Below, in pieces: positions 1 through 9,387 of a DNA stretch of 64,000 nt. Location: assembly GCA_036667875.1 (NCBI GenBank), contig JAVWTD010000001.1, forward strand, positions 5,767 to 69,766. Reading direction: 5' to 3'. The stretch's first letter is position 1. The number at the start of each line of letters is the position of its first letter. The translations under genes were made by a program, and so were the position numbers. The notes below the pieces were generated by a model that made no database searches, had not been told where the DNA came from, and worked only from the letters and a program-made list of their open reading frames with translations. Origin of the DNA: Bacilli bacterium. GTDB lineage: Bacteria > Bacillota_I > Bacilli_A > RF39 > UBA660.

Positions 1-351
1 TCCTTCTTCAAAAATAACAAGAGAAGGAATATCAAACGAATTTGTAATTATTCCTAAATCATTAACAATATTTGATACCTTCTTTTTTGAAATATTTTCT
101 AAATCTAAATAATATAAATTAAATTCATAATTTTTAATTAATGTTTCTATTTGTGATTGTTGAAGAACACATCCTCTACAGTCTGCAGAACCAACATAAA
201 TAAGTTGATTACCTTTTGTTTTTTTAACTTCATTTATAATATTATAGGCTTTTTTGCTTGAATTTGTAATTTTTGAAATGTAAATTGAAAATCCTGCTAA
301 TAAAAGAATTGTTGAAAGTGAAATGAAAATAATTGAATTACCTTTATTCAT
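1..351 (-). CDS. thioredoxin-fold, membrane-anchored thiol-disulfide oxidoreductase-like protein (5' part only; gene continues beyond window start)
   Basis: Reverse-strand translation from ATG at 351: MNKGNSIIFISLSTILLLAGFSIYISK...YVGSADCRGCVLQQ... has an N-terminal TM helix and a CxxC (CRGC) motif. Start overlaps the secA stop. Confidence 0.45.
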   Translation of the reverse strand, partial: MNKGNSIIFISLSTILLLAGFSIYISKITNSSKKAYNIINEVKKTKGNQLIYVGSADCRGCVLQQSQIETLIKNYEFNLYYLDLENISKKKVSNIVNDLGIITNSFDIPSLVIFEEG

Positions 352-2844
352 TTATTTACCACAGCATTGCTTGTATTTCTTGCCACTTCCACATGGACAA
401 AGTTCATTTCGTCCTATTTTAGAAACTTTTTTTGGTTGTTTCTTTTTTTCTTTATTTCCGCTTGATGCTTCATTAGGTTTAACAACTTGTTTTCTTTCGG
501 CGTTTTGTCTAACTTCAGCTTTAACGATGTATAAAGTTGTATCCTTATCAATATTAATTAATAGATTTTCAAATAGTTGGAATCCTTCATTTGTGTATGA
601 CCTTAGTGGGTTTTCATTTGCGTATCCTCTTAAATGAATTCCTTCTCTAAGAATAGACATTGTATTAATGTGTTCCATCCAATAAGTGTCAATAACTCTT
701 AAATAAATTGCTTTTTCAAATTCTCTTTTTATTTCTTCTGGTAATGATTGTGTTTTATCTGTTAAATCGTCGACTAATTTTTTAAATAAATATGATATTA
801 CTTCTTCTGTATTTAGTTCAACTAATTCTTCTAGTCTTATTGCTTTTCTTATAAGATTTTCATTGAAATATTCTAAAATTTCTGTTATATCACTATCTAA
901 TAATTTATTGTCAGGTCCTACGTGTGACATAACTAAGTCATATAAGAAATTATCAATAGCTTCTAAAATTAAATCGTGAACAGATTCACTATCTAAAATT
1001 TTATTTCTTTTTTCATATATAATAGTTCTTTGTTGATTTATAACATCGTCATATTCAAGCAATGTTTTTCTTATGTCATAGTTAGATCCTTCAACTCTTT
1101 TTTGTGCTTGTTCTATTGATGAAGATAACATCTTATGTCTAATTGCCATTTCATCATTAAAGCCTATACTTTGTAGTAAACCTTTTGCTCTGTCTGTTCC
1201 GAATCTTACCATTAATTCATCTTCAAAAGAAACAAAGAATTGAGATAATCCTGTATCTCCTTGTCTTCCTGAACGTCCTCTTAATTGATTATCAATACGT
1301 CTAGATTCATGTCTTTCAGTTCCAATAACAACTAGTCCACCTAGTTCTCTAACACCTTCACCTAATTTAATATCAGCACCACGTCCAGCCATATTAGTTG
1401 CAATTGTTACTGCTCCTTTTTGTCCAGCATTTAATATTAATTCACTTTCTTTTTCATGATTCTTAGCATTCAAAACTTCATGTTTAATATGTTCTTTTTT
1501 TAACATACTACTTAATAATTCACTTGTTTCAACTGCTACTGTTCCTACTAATACTGGTTGTCCAGATTCATGTCTTTCTTTTATTTCTTTTACAATTGCA
1601 TTATATTTTCCTTTTTGAGTTGCATATATTAAATCACCATAATCTATTCTTGCAACTTCTTTATTTGTTGGAATTTGAATAACATACATATTATATATTT
1701 CTCTGAATTCCTCTTCTTCTGTTTTCGCTGTACCAGTCATTCCAGAAAGTTTTTTATACATTCTAAATAGGTTTTGGAAGGTAATTGTTGCTAAAGTTTT
1801 TGTTTCTTGATTAATTTCAACACCTTCTTTGGCTTCAATTGCTTGATGTAACCCGTCAGAATATGCTCTTCCTTCCATTAATCTTCCAGTGAATTGGTCA
1901 ACAATTACTATTTTGTTATCTTGAACTACATAGTCAAAATCTTTTTTCATTGAGTAATTAGCTTTTAAAGCTTGATTTATATAATGAACAAGATTAGTAT
2001 TATTTATATCAAAAAGATTATTTATAGAAAAAGATTTCTCTGCTTTTTCTACTCCAAGTGTATCTAAAGTAACACTTTTGGTTTTTTCATCAAATAAATA
2101 TCCTTCATTTTCTTTCAAATTCTTAACAAATCTATCAGTTTGCATATACAGATTTGCTGAATTCATTTGACCTCCAGAAATAATAAGTGGTGTTCTTGCT
2201 TCATCTATTAAAACAGAGTCAACTTCATCGATAATAACAAAGTTGAATGGTCTTTGACATCTTTCTTCTTTTGTTACAACCATGTTATCTCTTAAATAAT
2301 CAAAACCTATTTCATTATTTGTTGAATATAGAATATCGCAACTATAGGCTTCTTTCTTTTCTTTTGGATCCATGTCATGATAATTTACTGCTACTGATAG
2401 GCCTAAAAAACGGTAAATATTGCCCATCCAATTAGCATCTCTTCCAGCAAGGTATTCATTTACAGTTATAATATGTACACCTTCACCTGTTAAAGCATTT
2501 AAATATGCTGGCATTGTTGATGTTAATGTTTTTCCTTCACCTGTTCTCATTTCAGATATATTACCATAGTGAATGGCAAGTCCTCCTAAAATTTGTACAT
2601 AGTAAGGTTTTTCTTTGTTAACTCTATAAGCTGCTTCTCTTGCTGTTGCAAATGCTTCTACTAAGATATCTTCTAATGTTTCTCCGTTTTTAATTTTTTC
2701 TTTGAATTCTTTTGTCTTCGCTTGTAATTTTTCGTCACTTAATTTACTATATTTTTCTTCTAGGGCTACTACTTGATCTGCAATCTCCCTAAATTTAGTT
2801 AATTCTTTATATTCATGATCGAAAATTTTCTTTAAAAATTTCAT
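352..2844 (-). CDS. secA: preprotein translocase ATPase SecA
   Basis: ~830-aa ORF with a DEAD-like motor and a C-terminal zinc finger CPCGSGKKYKQCCG. The likely start is the second ATG at 2844 (AAGGA RBS); the ORF track begins at 2853. Confidence 0.95.
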   Translation of the reverse strand: MKFLKKIFDHEYKELTKFREIADQVVALEEKYSKLSDEKLQAKTKEFKEKIKNGETLEDILVEAFATAREAAYRVNKEKPYYVQILGGLAIHYGNISEMRTGEGKTLTSTMPAYLNALTGEGVHIITVNEYLAGRDANWMGNIYRFLGLSVAVNYHDMDPKEKKEAYSCDILYSTNNEIGFDYLRDNMVVTKEERCQRPFNFVIIDEVDSVLIDEARTPLIISGGQMNSANLYMQTDRFVKNLKENEGYLFDEKTKSVTLDTLGVEKAEKSFSINNLFDINNTNLVHYINQALKANYSMKKDFDYVVQDNKIVIVDQFTGRLMEGRAYSDGLHQAIEAKEGVEINQETKTLATITFQNLFRMYKKLSGMTGTAKTEEEEFREIYNMYVIQIPTNKEVARIDYGDLIYATQKGKYNAIVKEIKERHESGQPVLVGTVAVETSELLSSMLKKEHIKHEVLNAKNHEKESELILNAGQKGAVTIATNMAGRGADIKLGEGVRELGGLVVIGTERHESRRIDNQLRGRSGRQGDTGLSQFFVSFEDELMVRFGTDRAKGLLQSIGFNDEMAIRHKMLSSSIEQAQKRVEGSNYDIRKTLLEYDDVINQQRTIIYEKRNKILDSESVHDLILEAIDNFLYDLVMSHVGPDNKLLDSDITEILEYFNENLIRKAIRLEELVELNTEEVISYLFKKLVDDLTDKTQSLPEEIKREFEKAIYLRVIDTYWMEHINTMSILREGIHLRGYANENPLRSYTNEGFQLFENLLINIDKDTTLYIVKAEVRQNAERKQVVKPNEASSGNKEKKKQPKKVSKIGRNELCPCGSGKKYKQCCGK

Positions 2845-2940
2845 ATTTTCCATCCTTTCTTAACACATTCTATTTTATCAAAAATCTATGACAAATAAAA
2901 GAAAATTTGATGAAATTAATGAAAAATAGACCTTTTTGGT

Positions 2941-3474
2941 CTATTTTGTATCTATGAGTCCATAATTTCCATCTTTACGTCTATATACTACAGAGTCATT
3001 TCCTGTTTCTTCATTTTTAAATATGAAAAATTCATGTCCTATTAATTCCATTTGAAGAATAGCTTCTTCTTCGTTCATAGGTTTCATTTCTAATATTTTT
3101 CTTTTAACTATGAATGATTCATTATTTTCTTCGTTTTCTTTTTCTTGGGTGAAATTTAATTCTTGTATTATTTTTTTGTTCTTTTTGTTATTCATTTTTG
3201 TTTTATTTTTTCTGATTTGTCTTTCCATTTTTTCAGAAACCAAGTCAATTGAAGCGTATAAATCTTTATTTCCTTCTTCAGCTCGAAGTATGATTTTTTT
3301 TGCTGGTATTGTAACTTCCACAGTTTGTTCATTATTTTTAACACTTATTAGAACCGTAGCTGTTAATTTTTTAGGATTTTCAAAATATTTGTCTAGTTTT
3401 CCAATCTTTTCCTTAATGTAAGTTTTAATTGAATCTGTTACTTCTAAATTTTTACCTCTAATAGTAAATTCCAT
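2941..3474 (-). CDS. hpf: ribosome hibernation promoting factor (long HPF)
   Basis: MEFTIRGKNLEVTDSIKTYIKEKIGKLDKYF... matches the HPF/YfiA sigma-54-modulation family with a C-terminal dimerisation domain. GGAGG RBS 8 nt upstream of ATG at 3474; the ORF-track start at 3489 is the RBS itself. Confidence 0.85.
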   Translation of the reverse strand: MEFTIRGKNLEVTDSIKTYIKEKIGKLDKYFENPKKLTATVLISVKNNEQTVEVTIPAKKIILRAEEGNKDLYASIDLVSEKMERQIRKNKTKMNNKKNKKIIQELNFTQEKENEENNESFIVKRKILEMKPMNEEEAILQMELIGHEFFIFKNEETGNDSVVYRRKDGNYGLIDTK

Positions 3475-3588
3475 ATTATCATCCTCCAATGGTAGTATAT
3501 CATAAAATATTTTTGTTTTAAATAGACTAGTATCATTTCACATAATATAACAAAATTAAAACCTTATAGAAAACTATAAGGTCTTTTT

Positions 3589-3801
3589 TTAAACTAATGC
3601 TGTTTTAATTTCTATTACATTCTTTGCTTGTAGACCTTTGTCAGTTTCTACTAATTCAAATTCGACTATTTGTCCTTCTAATAGGGTTTTATAGCCTTCT
3701 GATGCAATTGCAGAATAATGAATGAAGATATCTTCACCGTTTTTATATTCAATAAAACCATATCCTTTTGAATTGTTAAACCATTTTACTTTTCCACGCA
3801 T
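3589..3801 (-). CDS. csp: cold-shock protein (CspA family)
   Basis: 70 aa, MRGKVKWFNNSKGYGFIE...; RNP1/RNP2-like motifs KGYGFI and FIHYSAI. Confidence 0.9.
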   Translation of the reverse strand: MRGKVKWFNNSKGYGFIEYKNGEDIFIHYSAIASEGYKTLLEGQIVEFELVETDKGLQAKNVIEIKTALV

Positions 3802-3919
3802 TTTAAAATCTCCCTTCTAGTAATTCTCTTACATTTCTAATATACAATACCTAGTTTCCTTTTTCAAGAAATATCAACATACAAAAATCGACATATTTTT
3901 CATTTTTTTAAAATTTGTA

Positions 3920-3950
3920 CATCTTAGACGTTTTCACTATCATCTTAGAC
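3920..3950 (+). promoter_or_regulatory. pair of 10-bp direct repeats CATCTTAGAC with 21-bp periodicity, ~45-70 bp upstream of agrB; candidate LytTR response-regulator binding site
   Basis: CATCTTAGAC at 3920-3929 and 3941-3950, separated by 11 bp. A TATAAAT-like -10 follows near 3983. The geometry matches the known AgrA/ComE/PlnC direct-repeat sites (two repeats, centres two helical turns apart). Confidence 0.45.
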
Positions 3951-3992
3951 ATAACCTATTTATTTTTTTTCTAAAAATGATATCATATAAAT

Positions 3993-4595
3993 ATGAGAGA
4001 AAAAGTTATTGAAAAATATGTTTCATTTCTTCTTAAGTATCATACTTATAGTAGAAAAGAAATACTTACAATCCGATATGGAGTAGAAAATACTTTATTA
4101 TTTTTAGAAAAGATTATTATTATTTTAGTAATAGGATATTTATTAGGAATTTTAAAGATAATGTGTATTTTCATGTTATTTTATATGGGAATTAAGACTT
4201 TCTCTGGTGGGATGCATGCAAGCAGCAGCTTTAGTTGTCTCTTAATTTCTTTAGTTATATTTATTGCATCCCCTATCATTGGAGTACATGTATATTTTAC
4301 ATTATTAGAAAAATTTTTGATATCGTTATTCGTTTTTGCTATATTTCTAATATACAGTCCTGCAGATACTCATAAAAAACCAATTAGAGGTCCTAAAATT
4401 AAAATGCTAAAGATCAAGTCTCTTATAATTATTGATCTTTATTGCATATCTAGTTTTTTCGTTACGAATTATATTGGCAATCTATTAATTATAAGTTTGT
4501 TGGTTCAAGCTTGTATGATATCGCCAATTCCATATAAATTATTTGGATTGCCATATAATAATGGAAGGAGAGAAAAAGATGAAAATTTTAGCTGA
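3993..4595 (+). CDS. agrB: AgrB-family accessory gene regulator protein B (AIP precursor processing peptidase, membrane)
   Basis: 200-aa polytopic membrane protein. The KTFSGGMHASS region resembles the AgrB catalytic His/Cys segment. Its 3' end overlaps a small AgrD-like ORF. Confidence 0.7.
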   Translation: MREKVIEKYVSFLLKYHTYSRKEILTIRYGVENTLLFLEKIIIILVIGYLLGILKIMCIFMLFYMGIKTFSGGMHASSSFSCLLISLVIFIASPIIGVHVYFTLLEKFLISLFVFAIFLIYSPADTHKKPIRGPKIKMLKIKSLIIIDLYCISSFFVTNYIGNLLIISLLVQACMISPIPYKLFGLPYNNGRREKDENFS

Positions 4596-4698
4596 CCTTT
4601 TAGGAAAAATAACTCTATCTTTTGGAACATTAGGTGTTACTTATACTTCATGGTTTGTGTTTGATGAAGCTGAATGTCCAGAAGAAATTAATAACTAA
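4579..4698 (+). CDS. agrD: AgrD-like autoinducing peptide precursor (39 aa), absent from the ORF track
   Basis: GGAAGGAG RBS at 4564-4571, ATG at 4579. Translation: MKILADLLGKITLSFGTLGVTYTSWFVFDEAECPEEINN. It has an amphipathic leader, a hydrophobic core YTSWFVF, and an acidic Pro-containing tail DEAECPEE like the staphylococcal DEVEVPKEL tail. A Ser lies five residues before the acidic tail. Confidence 0.6.
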   Translation: MKILADLLGKITLSFGTLGVTYTSWFVFDEAECPEEINN

Positions 4699-4802
4699 GG
4701 AAATTTAAAAAGTTGCTTATCTTGCAAAAAAAAATTGATGATTGGAATTTTAATTCTTTTCATCAGTTTTTTTATATATAATACTTGTATTAAAAAGAAT
4801 TG

Positions 4803-6149
4803 CTATTTTGTAGTAATTCTTTCTTTTTTAGGATATTTATTATTTTTTTTGTAAATTAATGTAAGTTTAATAACATTACCATATATTTTCCTATTGAGTG
4901 TGTATTGAGGATTCTTTTTTAATAATTCATTTACAATTGTAAGTCCATGTCCTCTACCTTCACCATTTGTAGAATAGCCATCTTGAGTCATTTTTTCTAA
5001 ATCAATTTTTCCTTTAAAGGTATTTGATATTGCAATAATAAAATTTTTGTTTTCTAGGTAGGCTTCTATTCCTAAGTATGGTGCTCTATCTAATTTTTGT
5101 TTTTCTAATTCTTGCATTGCATTATCTACAAGAATATTGAATATTTGAGTAATTTTTGCTCCTTCTGTATCATCGATGTATTCATCAGGTAACTTTCTTA
5201 AATCATCATCTATTTTATAAATTACAAATATATTTTTTCTATGTGCTTCAACTATTTTATTATATATTGCGGATTTTAAACTAAGACAATCTATTTTATA
5301 TGCTTCAAATTTAATATTTTCATCATCTTTTATTTTTTTCTTTTTTTCAAAAGAGTTACCAACTAAATCAATGTAATTTTTAACTTTTTGTTCATTAGTC
5401 ATTGCTCTTATTGTACAAAGAATATTATTGTTTTCATGATTTTTTAATCTGTAATCATCAACCATTTTACAAGCATCTTTTTGTGATATTTTCATCATTT
5501 TTGTATCTTCTTTTAATTCACATTTTTCTTGCTCACTTTTATAAAGATACCCTGCTACCATAAACATTGATAAAAAAGATATAATAGTAAGAAATACATT
5601 AAATAAAATACTATCATGAATAAAGTTTGTTATCAAAAGATATGAAAATATAATTAAAAATGTATAAAGAATAAATAATAATGTTTTACTATTAAATCTT
5701 ATAAATTTCTCTGATAAGAAGTCATAACAAATTTTAAGAAATTTAGTTTTAGACAAAATTAATATTGAAATTAAGAAGACAATGTTAAAGACATCAAGAC
5801 TGTAAGATGCCATAAATTCTACGGTTGTCTTATAACCAAATATAAAAATTATTGATATTGAAGTTAAAAGTTCTATACCGGCTATAAAACAATCTATAAA
5901 GATTATTGAAAAGACTATTTCTTTATTACTTTTTTCATATATTGATTTTATTGCTAAATACATTGCTCCAGTTGTCAAAAAAAATGCAAAATCAGTTATA
6001 TTTACAAAGTATTTTATTGAAGGAACAATTAACATTATTAATGATCCTAATGTAAGTTTAATTAGTTTAGGTTTTTGGTCAAAGAATTCTCCTATTATTA
6101 GAAGTATAATTATATTTCCTATTAAAGTTATTATTGTTGAGAATGGCAT
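4803..6149 (-). CDS. agrC: AgrC-like sensor histidine kinase (polytopic N-terminal sensor, GHKL ATPase C-terminal, HPK10 type)
   Basis: 448 aa. The N-terminal ~200 aa carry 5-6 TM helices. The C-terminus has NGEGRGHGLTIVNELL, a G-box-like ATP-lid. It sits directly upstream of, and overlaps, the LytTR regulator gene. Confidence 0.7.
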   Translation of the reverse strand: MPFSTIITLIGNIIILLIIGEFFDQKPKLIKLTLGSLIMLIVPSIKYFVNITDFAFFLTTGAMYLAIKSIYEKSNKEIVFSIIFIDCFIAGIELLTSISIIFIFGYKTTVEFMASYSLDVFNIVFLISILILSKTKFLKICYDFLSEKFIRFNSKTLLFILYTFLIIFSYLLITNFIHDSILFNVFLTIISFLSMFMVAGYLYKSEQEKCELKEDTKMMKISQKDACKMVDDYRLKNHENNNILCTIRAMTNEQKVKNYIDLVGNSFEKKKKIKDDENIKFEAYKIDCLSLKSAIYNKIVEAHRKNIFVIYKIDDDLRKLPDEYIDDTEGAKITQIFNILVDNAMQELEKQKLDRAPYLGIEAYLENKNFIIAISNTFKGKIDLEKMTQDGYSTNGEGRGHGLTIVNELLKKNPQYTLNRKIYGNVIKLTLIYKKNNKYPKKERITTK

Positions 6150-6853
6150 AATATATCTAACTCCTTTTTATATTTTAATGATAATAGATCTACTTCTAAT
6201 CCTGTATCAAATTTTATACTTTTCTTTTTCTTATTGATAGCTACAATTCTTTTTAAATTAACAAAACCAGATTTGTGAGTTTGAACAAAATTTTCATCAA
6301 AATATCTTCTAACTTCAATTAATGTTTTGCTTATCTCATAAGTTCCATTATCTGTAACTATTTCTGTTTTTCTACTAACATTTTCTCTTGAAATATATAA
6401 AACACTTTGTTGTCTAAAATAATAATTTGTTGATTTAGTAATTATTTCTACTACATCGTTTTTTATATCATTTTTTATTATATAATTTAATACATTTTCT
6501 AATCTATTTTTTGTATCTTTATTCTTTGTTATAAAAGATGTGATAAATAAATCTAAAGTCAATATTTCTTCTGCTGATTTTTCGTGACTGGTTAACATAA
6601 TAATATGACTTTTTAAGTCACGACTTCTTATCTTTCTTGCTGCTTCAATTCCGCTGCCTGTTGGTGTTTCAATATCTAAAATATATATTTTGTTTTTATT
6701 ATTTAAATAAGTTGCATCGTAAAACACTTGATTATAGTCATTGAATTTAGAAATCTTATATTCTATTTTTTCTTTCAATAAATAATCGTCTATTACTTCA
6801 ATAACTTTATCAACATATATATCATTATCATCGCAAATAATAATTTCAAGCAT
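6131..6853 (-). CDS. agrA: LytTR-family response regulator (AgrA/ComE-like)
   Basis: MLEIIICDDNDIYVDKV... is a receiver domain with DD and K residues. The C-terminal ~100 aa (FRQQSVLYISRENVSRKTEIVT...FVQTHKSGFVNL) is typical LytTR. Confidence 0.8.
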   Translation of the reverse strand: MLEIIICDDNDIYVDKVIEVIDDYLLKEKIEYKISKFNDYNQVFYDATYLNNKNKIYILDIETPTGSGIEAARKIRSRDLKSHIIMLTSHEKSAEEILTLDLFITSFITKNKDTKNRLENVLNYIIKNDIKNDVVEIITKSTNYYFRQQSVLYISRENVSRKTEIVTDNGTYEISKTLIEVRRYFDENFVQTHKSGFVNLKRIVAINKKKKSIKFDTGLEVDLLSLKYKKELDILCHSQQ

Positions 6854-7112
6854 AATTTTAACCTCCGTTACAACACCTCATGTTGTTAACTATATTAAGT
6901 GTACATTATTTAGAAGTAAATTACAATATTAAAAAGACATTATATGTATCTTTACATGTCTTTTTTGCCATATAATCTAAAACAGATTATGGGTTTTATA
7001 ACATAATAATTTTAATATTTTTTCTTTTCTTTTAGCAATTAAATTATACCATAATTATAGAGTTGTTTTTATAATTTAACTTATTTTTTTTATAAACAAA
7101 ATAAAAAGGATG

Positions 7113-7763
7113 TTATTTCCATCCTTCATACCAATTTTTAATTTTAGTTTTTCCATTATCAATTATTTCTTTGCTTTTTTCTTTTATTTCATTTCCTTTT
7201 TCTTTTACTTCATCAACGGTTTCTTTATATTTATCTTCTCCTACTTTTTCTATAACTTTTTCTTCTAAAAATTCTTTGGTAGACTTTATTTTTTCTTCTA
7301 CATAGATTAACACTTTTCCTGTTTTATCTTTTGTAGTTTCTTTATAATCTGGAATTTTCTTTTCAATTTTTGAATCAATACTGCTAGTTATATTTAAAAT
7401 TTTAGTTTTTGTTGTTTCATTTAATTCGTCAAAAGTAATCCCTTTTATTTCTCCGTTGTAAAATAAGAAGTCAACCAGGTTCACAAATATCTCTTTAGAA
7501 CCTTCTTTAAGTTTATCGAAACTATTGTTTTCCAAAATTTCATTTACTTCACTTTCTTTTTCTTCGAAGTAGTTTATAACATATTCATCCTTATTTTTGA
7601 TTTCTTCTGATTTATCTACATAATCTGTTATTTCAATAATATCATTTTTTGGTTCATTGTTTTCAATTTCTTTTTTATTTGTACAACCTGTTGTTACTAG
7701 AACAAAGCCTGTTAATATTACAAAAACAATTTTTTTTACATTAACATTTTTCATATTAGTCAC
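7113..7763 (-). CDS. lipoprotein, Lys/Glu-rich, function unknown
   Basis: Signal peptide with lipobox LVTTGC. Highly charged repetitive mature region. Confidence 0.5.
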   Translation of the reverse strand: MTNMKNVNVKKIVFVILTGFVLVTTGCTNKKEIENNEPKNDIIEITDYVDKSEEIKNKDEYVINYFEEKESEVNEILENNSFDKLKEGSKEIFVNLVDFLFYNGEIKGITFDELNETTKTKILNITSSIDSKIEKKIPDYKETTKDKTGKVLIYVEEKIKSTKEFLEEKVIEKVGEDKYKETVDEVKEKGNEIKEKSKEIIDNGKTKIKNWYEGWK

Positions 7764-7781
7764 CTCAGTGATATTGTACTA

Positions 7782-8084
7782 CTAATCATCATTTTTTACA
7801 ATAATATCTTTTATTTCATTTATCATAATTTTTTCATTTTCCATTGTTAGTAAATAATCTTTTGTTTTAGCTATTATTTTTTTGTTTATTACTTTATTTT
7901 CTAATTGAATTTCAACATCCATTTTATAAATATACTTTGACGATTTAAATATTTCTGCTATTTTCTTTTGTATAGATATAGGATTTTCTTTTGATGGTTT
8001 AGGATTTTCACCATAAACATATTTTTTGTTATTCATATTATTTTTAATTACAGTATTTTGAAATACTTTTGGAAGTTTTTTCAT
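7782..8084 (-). CDS. hypothetical protein (100 aa)
   Basis: ORF lies between the SGNH hydrolase and lipoprotein genes with an 18-bp spacing, so it is probably co-transcribed. No motif recognised. Confidence 0.35.
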   Translation of the reverse strand: MKKLPKVFQNTVIKNNMNNKKYVYGENPKPSKENPISIQKKIAEIFKSSKYIYKMDVEIQLENKVINKKIIAKTKDYLLTMENEKIMINEIKDIIVKNDD

Positions 8085-8130
8085 TTTTTCATCACCTATT
8101 TAAGTATATGAAAAAAATAGTAAAATCTTA

Positions 8131-9354
8131 CTATTTTTGATACATATGTGTTTGAAAATATTCCATTGCTTTTTTATTACCAGTTTCTGACAAATGAACA
8201 CCTGATTCGTTTGATGCTTCTCTATAATATCCTTTTTTTAATTGTCCATTTTCATCTTTTAAAATTCTTGAAGTATTTAAGAAAGGTATTTTCATTTCAC
8301 TACATAATTTTAACAAATAATAATTCATTTTATTTATTTTTTGATTATTTAATTGCTTTCCTTCACTGTCAAACCTAGAAGCGACTGGAAAAATAGATTG
8401 GACTATAATAACTCCTTCTGGATTTTTTTCTTTCATAGATTTTAATAATTCTTGAAATTTTGTTATAAAATAGTCTATTTCCATTGCTGCAACGCTGTTT
8501 GTTCCTAGACTTAGCAGTAAATATTTTGGTTTTTTTTCTTCATAAGCATCAATCAAAGTTTTTTTTGAATCTATATGATTAATATAAATTGTATTATTGA
8601 ATATTGTTTCTAAATTAACTCCCTCTCTATGCCATAATTGTTTACCGGTTATGTTTTTATTCATGACATAGTATAAAGCAGTTGAATCTCCTGCAAAGAT
8701 AAATTTATTACTATATTCTTCTTTACCATTTTTTGTTTCTTGCAATTGTATATCCTTATAATAAGAATCTAAACTAAATTCTTTTAAATTCATTGTTAAT
8801 GGTGAAGATTTTGTAACTTCTACTTTTCTTTTTTCAATAGCCCTATTACCATTTGAATCGGTTACACTATATTTTATTGTATAGATTCCTTCTTTTTTTG
8901 TATCAACAGTTCCCTCAGTGATGACTTTATCTTTTAAATTACCATCATAATTATCGATAGCGGCATATCCTGGATCATTAAATTTTTCATTAATAATGAC
9001 TACTATACTATTTCCTTCTTTTAATGTAATAATAGGTTTGGATAGGTCTTTCACTTCAATTTTTAAATTTCTTTGATATGTTCTGTTTTTATGTTTATAT
9101 TTAAAATTAATTTTATAAGTACCTAATTCTTTATTATTTATATTACTTTTAATTTTAATGTTACTTTGAATTCTTTTTCCATTAAATGTTGCTGTGTATT
9201 GATCTTTAAATTTTTCATTTAAATCAATAGACTTTGTTTTTAAAACAACTTTAAAAGGATAACTTTGAATATAAAACAATGTATAACCCACTATTACCAA
9301 AGTAATTAATAACAATGCAAAATTTTTTTTCTTTAATTTCTTTTTCTTTACCAT
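8131..9354 (-). CDS. membrane-anchored SGNH/GDSL-family hydrolase with an Ig-like (DUF5011-type) domain
   Basis: N-terminal TM. The central PIITLKEGN...DPGYAAIDNYDGN...YTIKYSVTDSNGN is DUF5011-like Ig. The C-terminus has FAGDST (block I), LSLGTNS (block II) and SGVHLSETG (block V-like). Confidence 0.6.
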   Translation of the reverse strand: MVKKKKLKKKNFALLLITLVIVGYTLFYIQSYPFKVVLKTKSIDLNEKFKDQYTATFNGKRIQSNIKIKSNINNKELGTYKINFKYKHKNRTYQRNLKIEVKDLSKPIITLKEGNSIVVIINEKFNDPGYAAIDNYDGNLKDKVITEGTVDTKKEGIYTIKYSVTDSNGNRAIEKRKVEVTKSSPLTMNLKEFSLDSYYKDIQLQETKNGKEEYSNKFIFAGDSTALYYVMNKNITGKQLWHREGVNLETIFNNTIYINHIDSKKTLIDAYEEKKPKYLLLSLGTNSVAAMEIDYFITKFQELLKSMKEKNPEGVIIVQSIFPVASRFDSEGKQLNNQKINKMNYYLLKLCSEMKIPFLNTSRILKDENGQLKKGYYREASNESGVHLSETGNKKAMEYFQTHMYQK

Positions 9355-9387
9355 ATTCTCACCATATTTTCTTCTATTCTAATTATA

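Noticed and set aside
323-637. Plus-strand 104-aa ORF. Also the similar antisense ORFs at 2247-2435, 3110-3421, 8148-8378, 14212-14424, 20575-20787, 22559-22783, 28779-29060, 30227-30451, 30240-30446, 31274-31507, 31555-31950, 32020-32208, 33510-33788, 38927-39157, 41086-41373, 45853-46209, 48058-48279, 48325-48516, 49498-49740, 50467-50658, 51098-51286, 54996-55196, 56284-56568, 60330-60683.
   Set aside because: Each lies entirely inside, and antisense to, a well-supported conserved gene (secA, hpf, metK-adjacent, mreB, dnaB and so on). They have low-complexity or Phe/Leu-rich translations typical of AT-rich antisense frames and no RBS.
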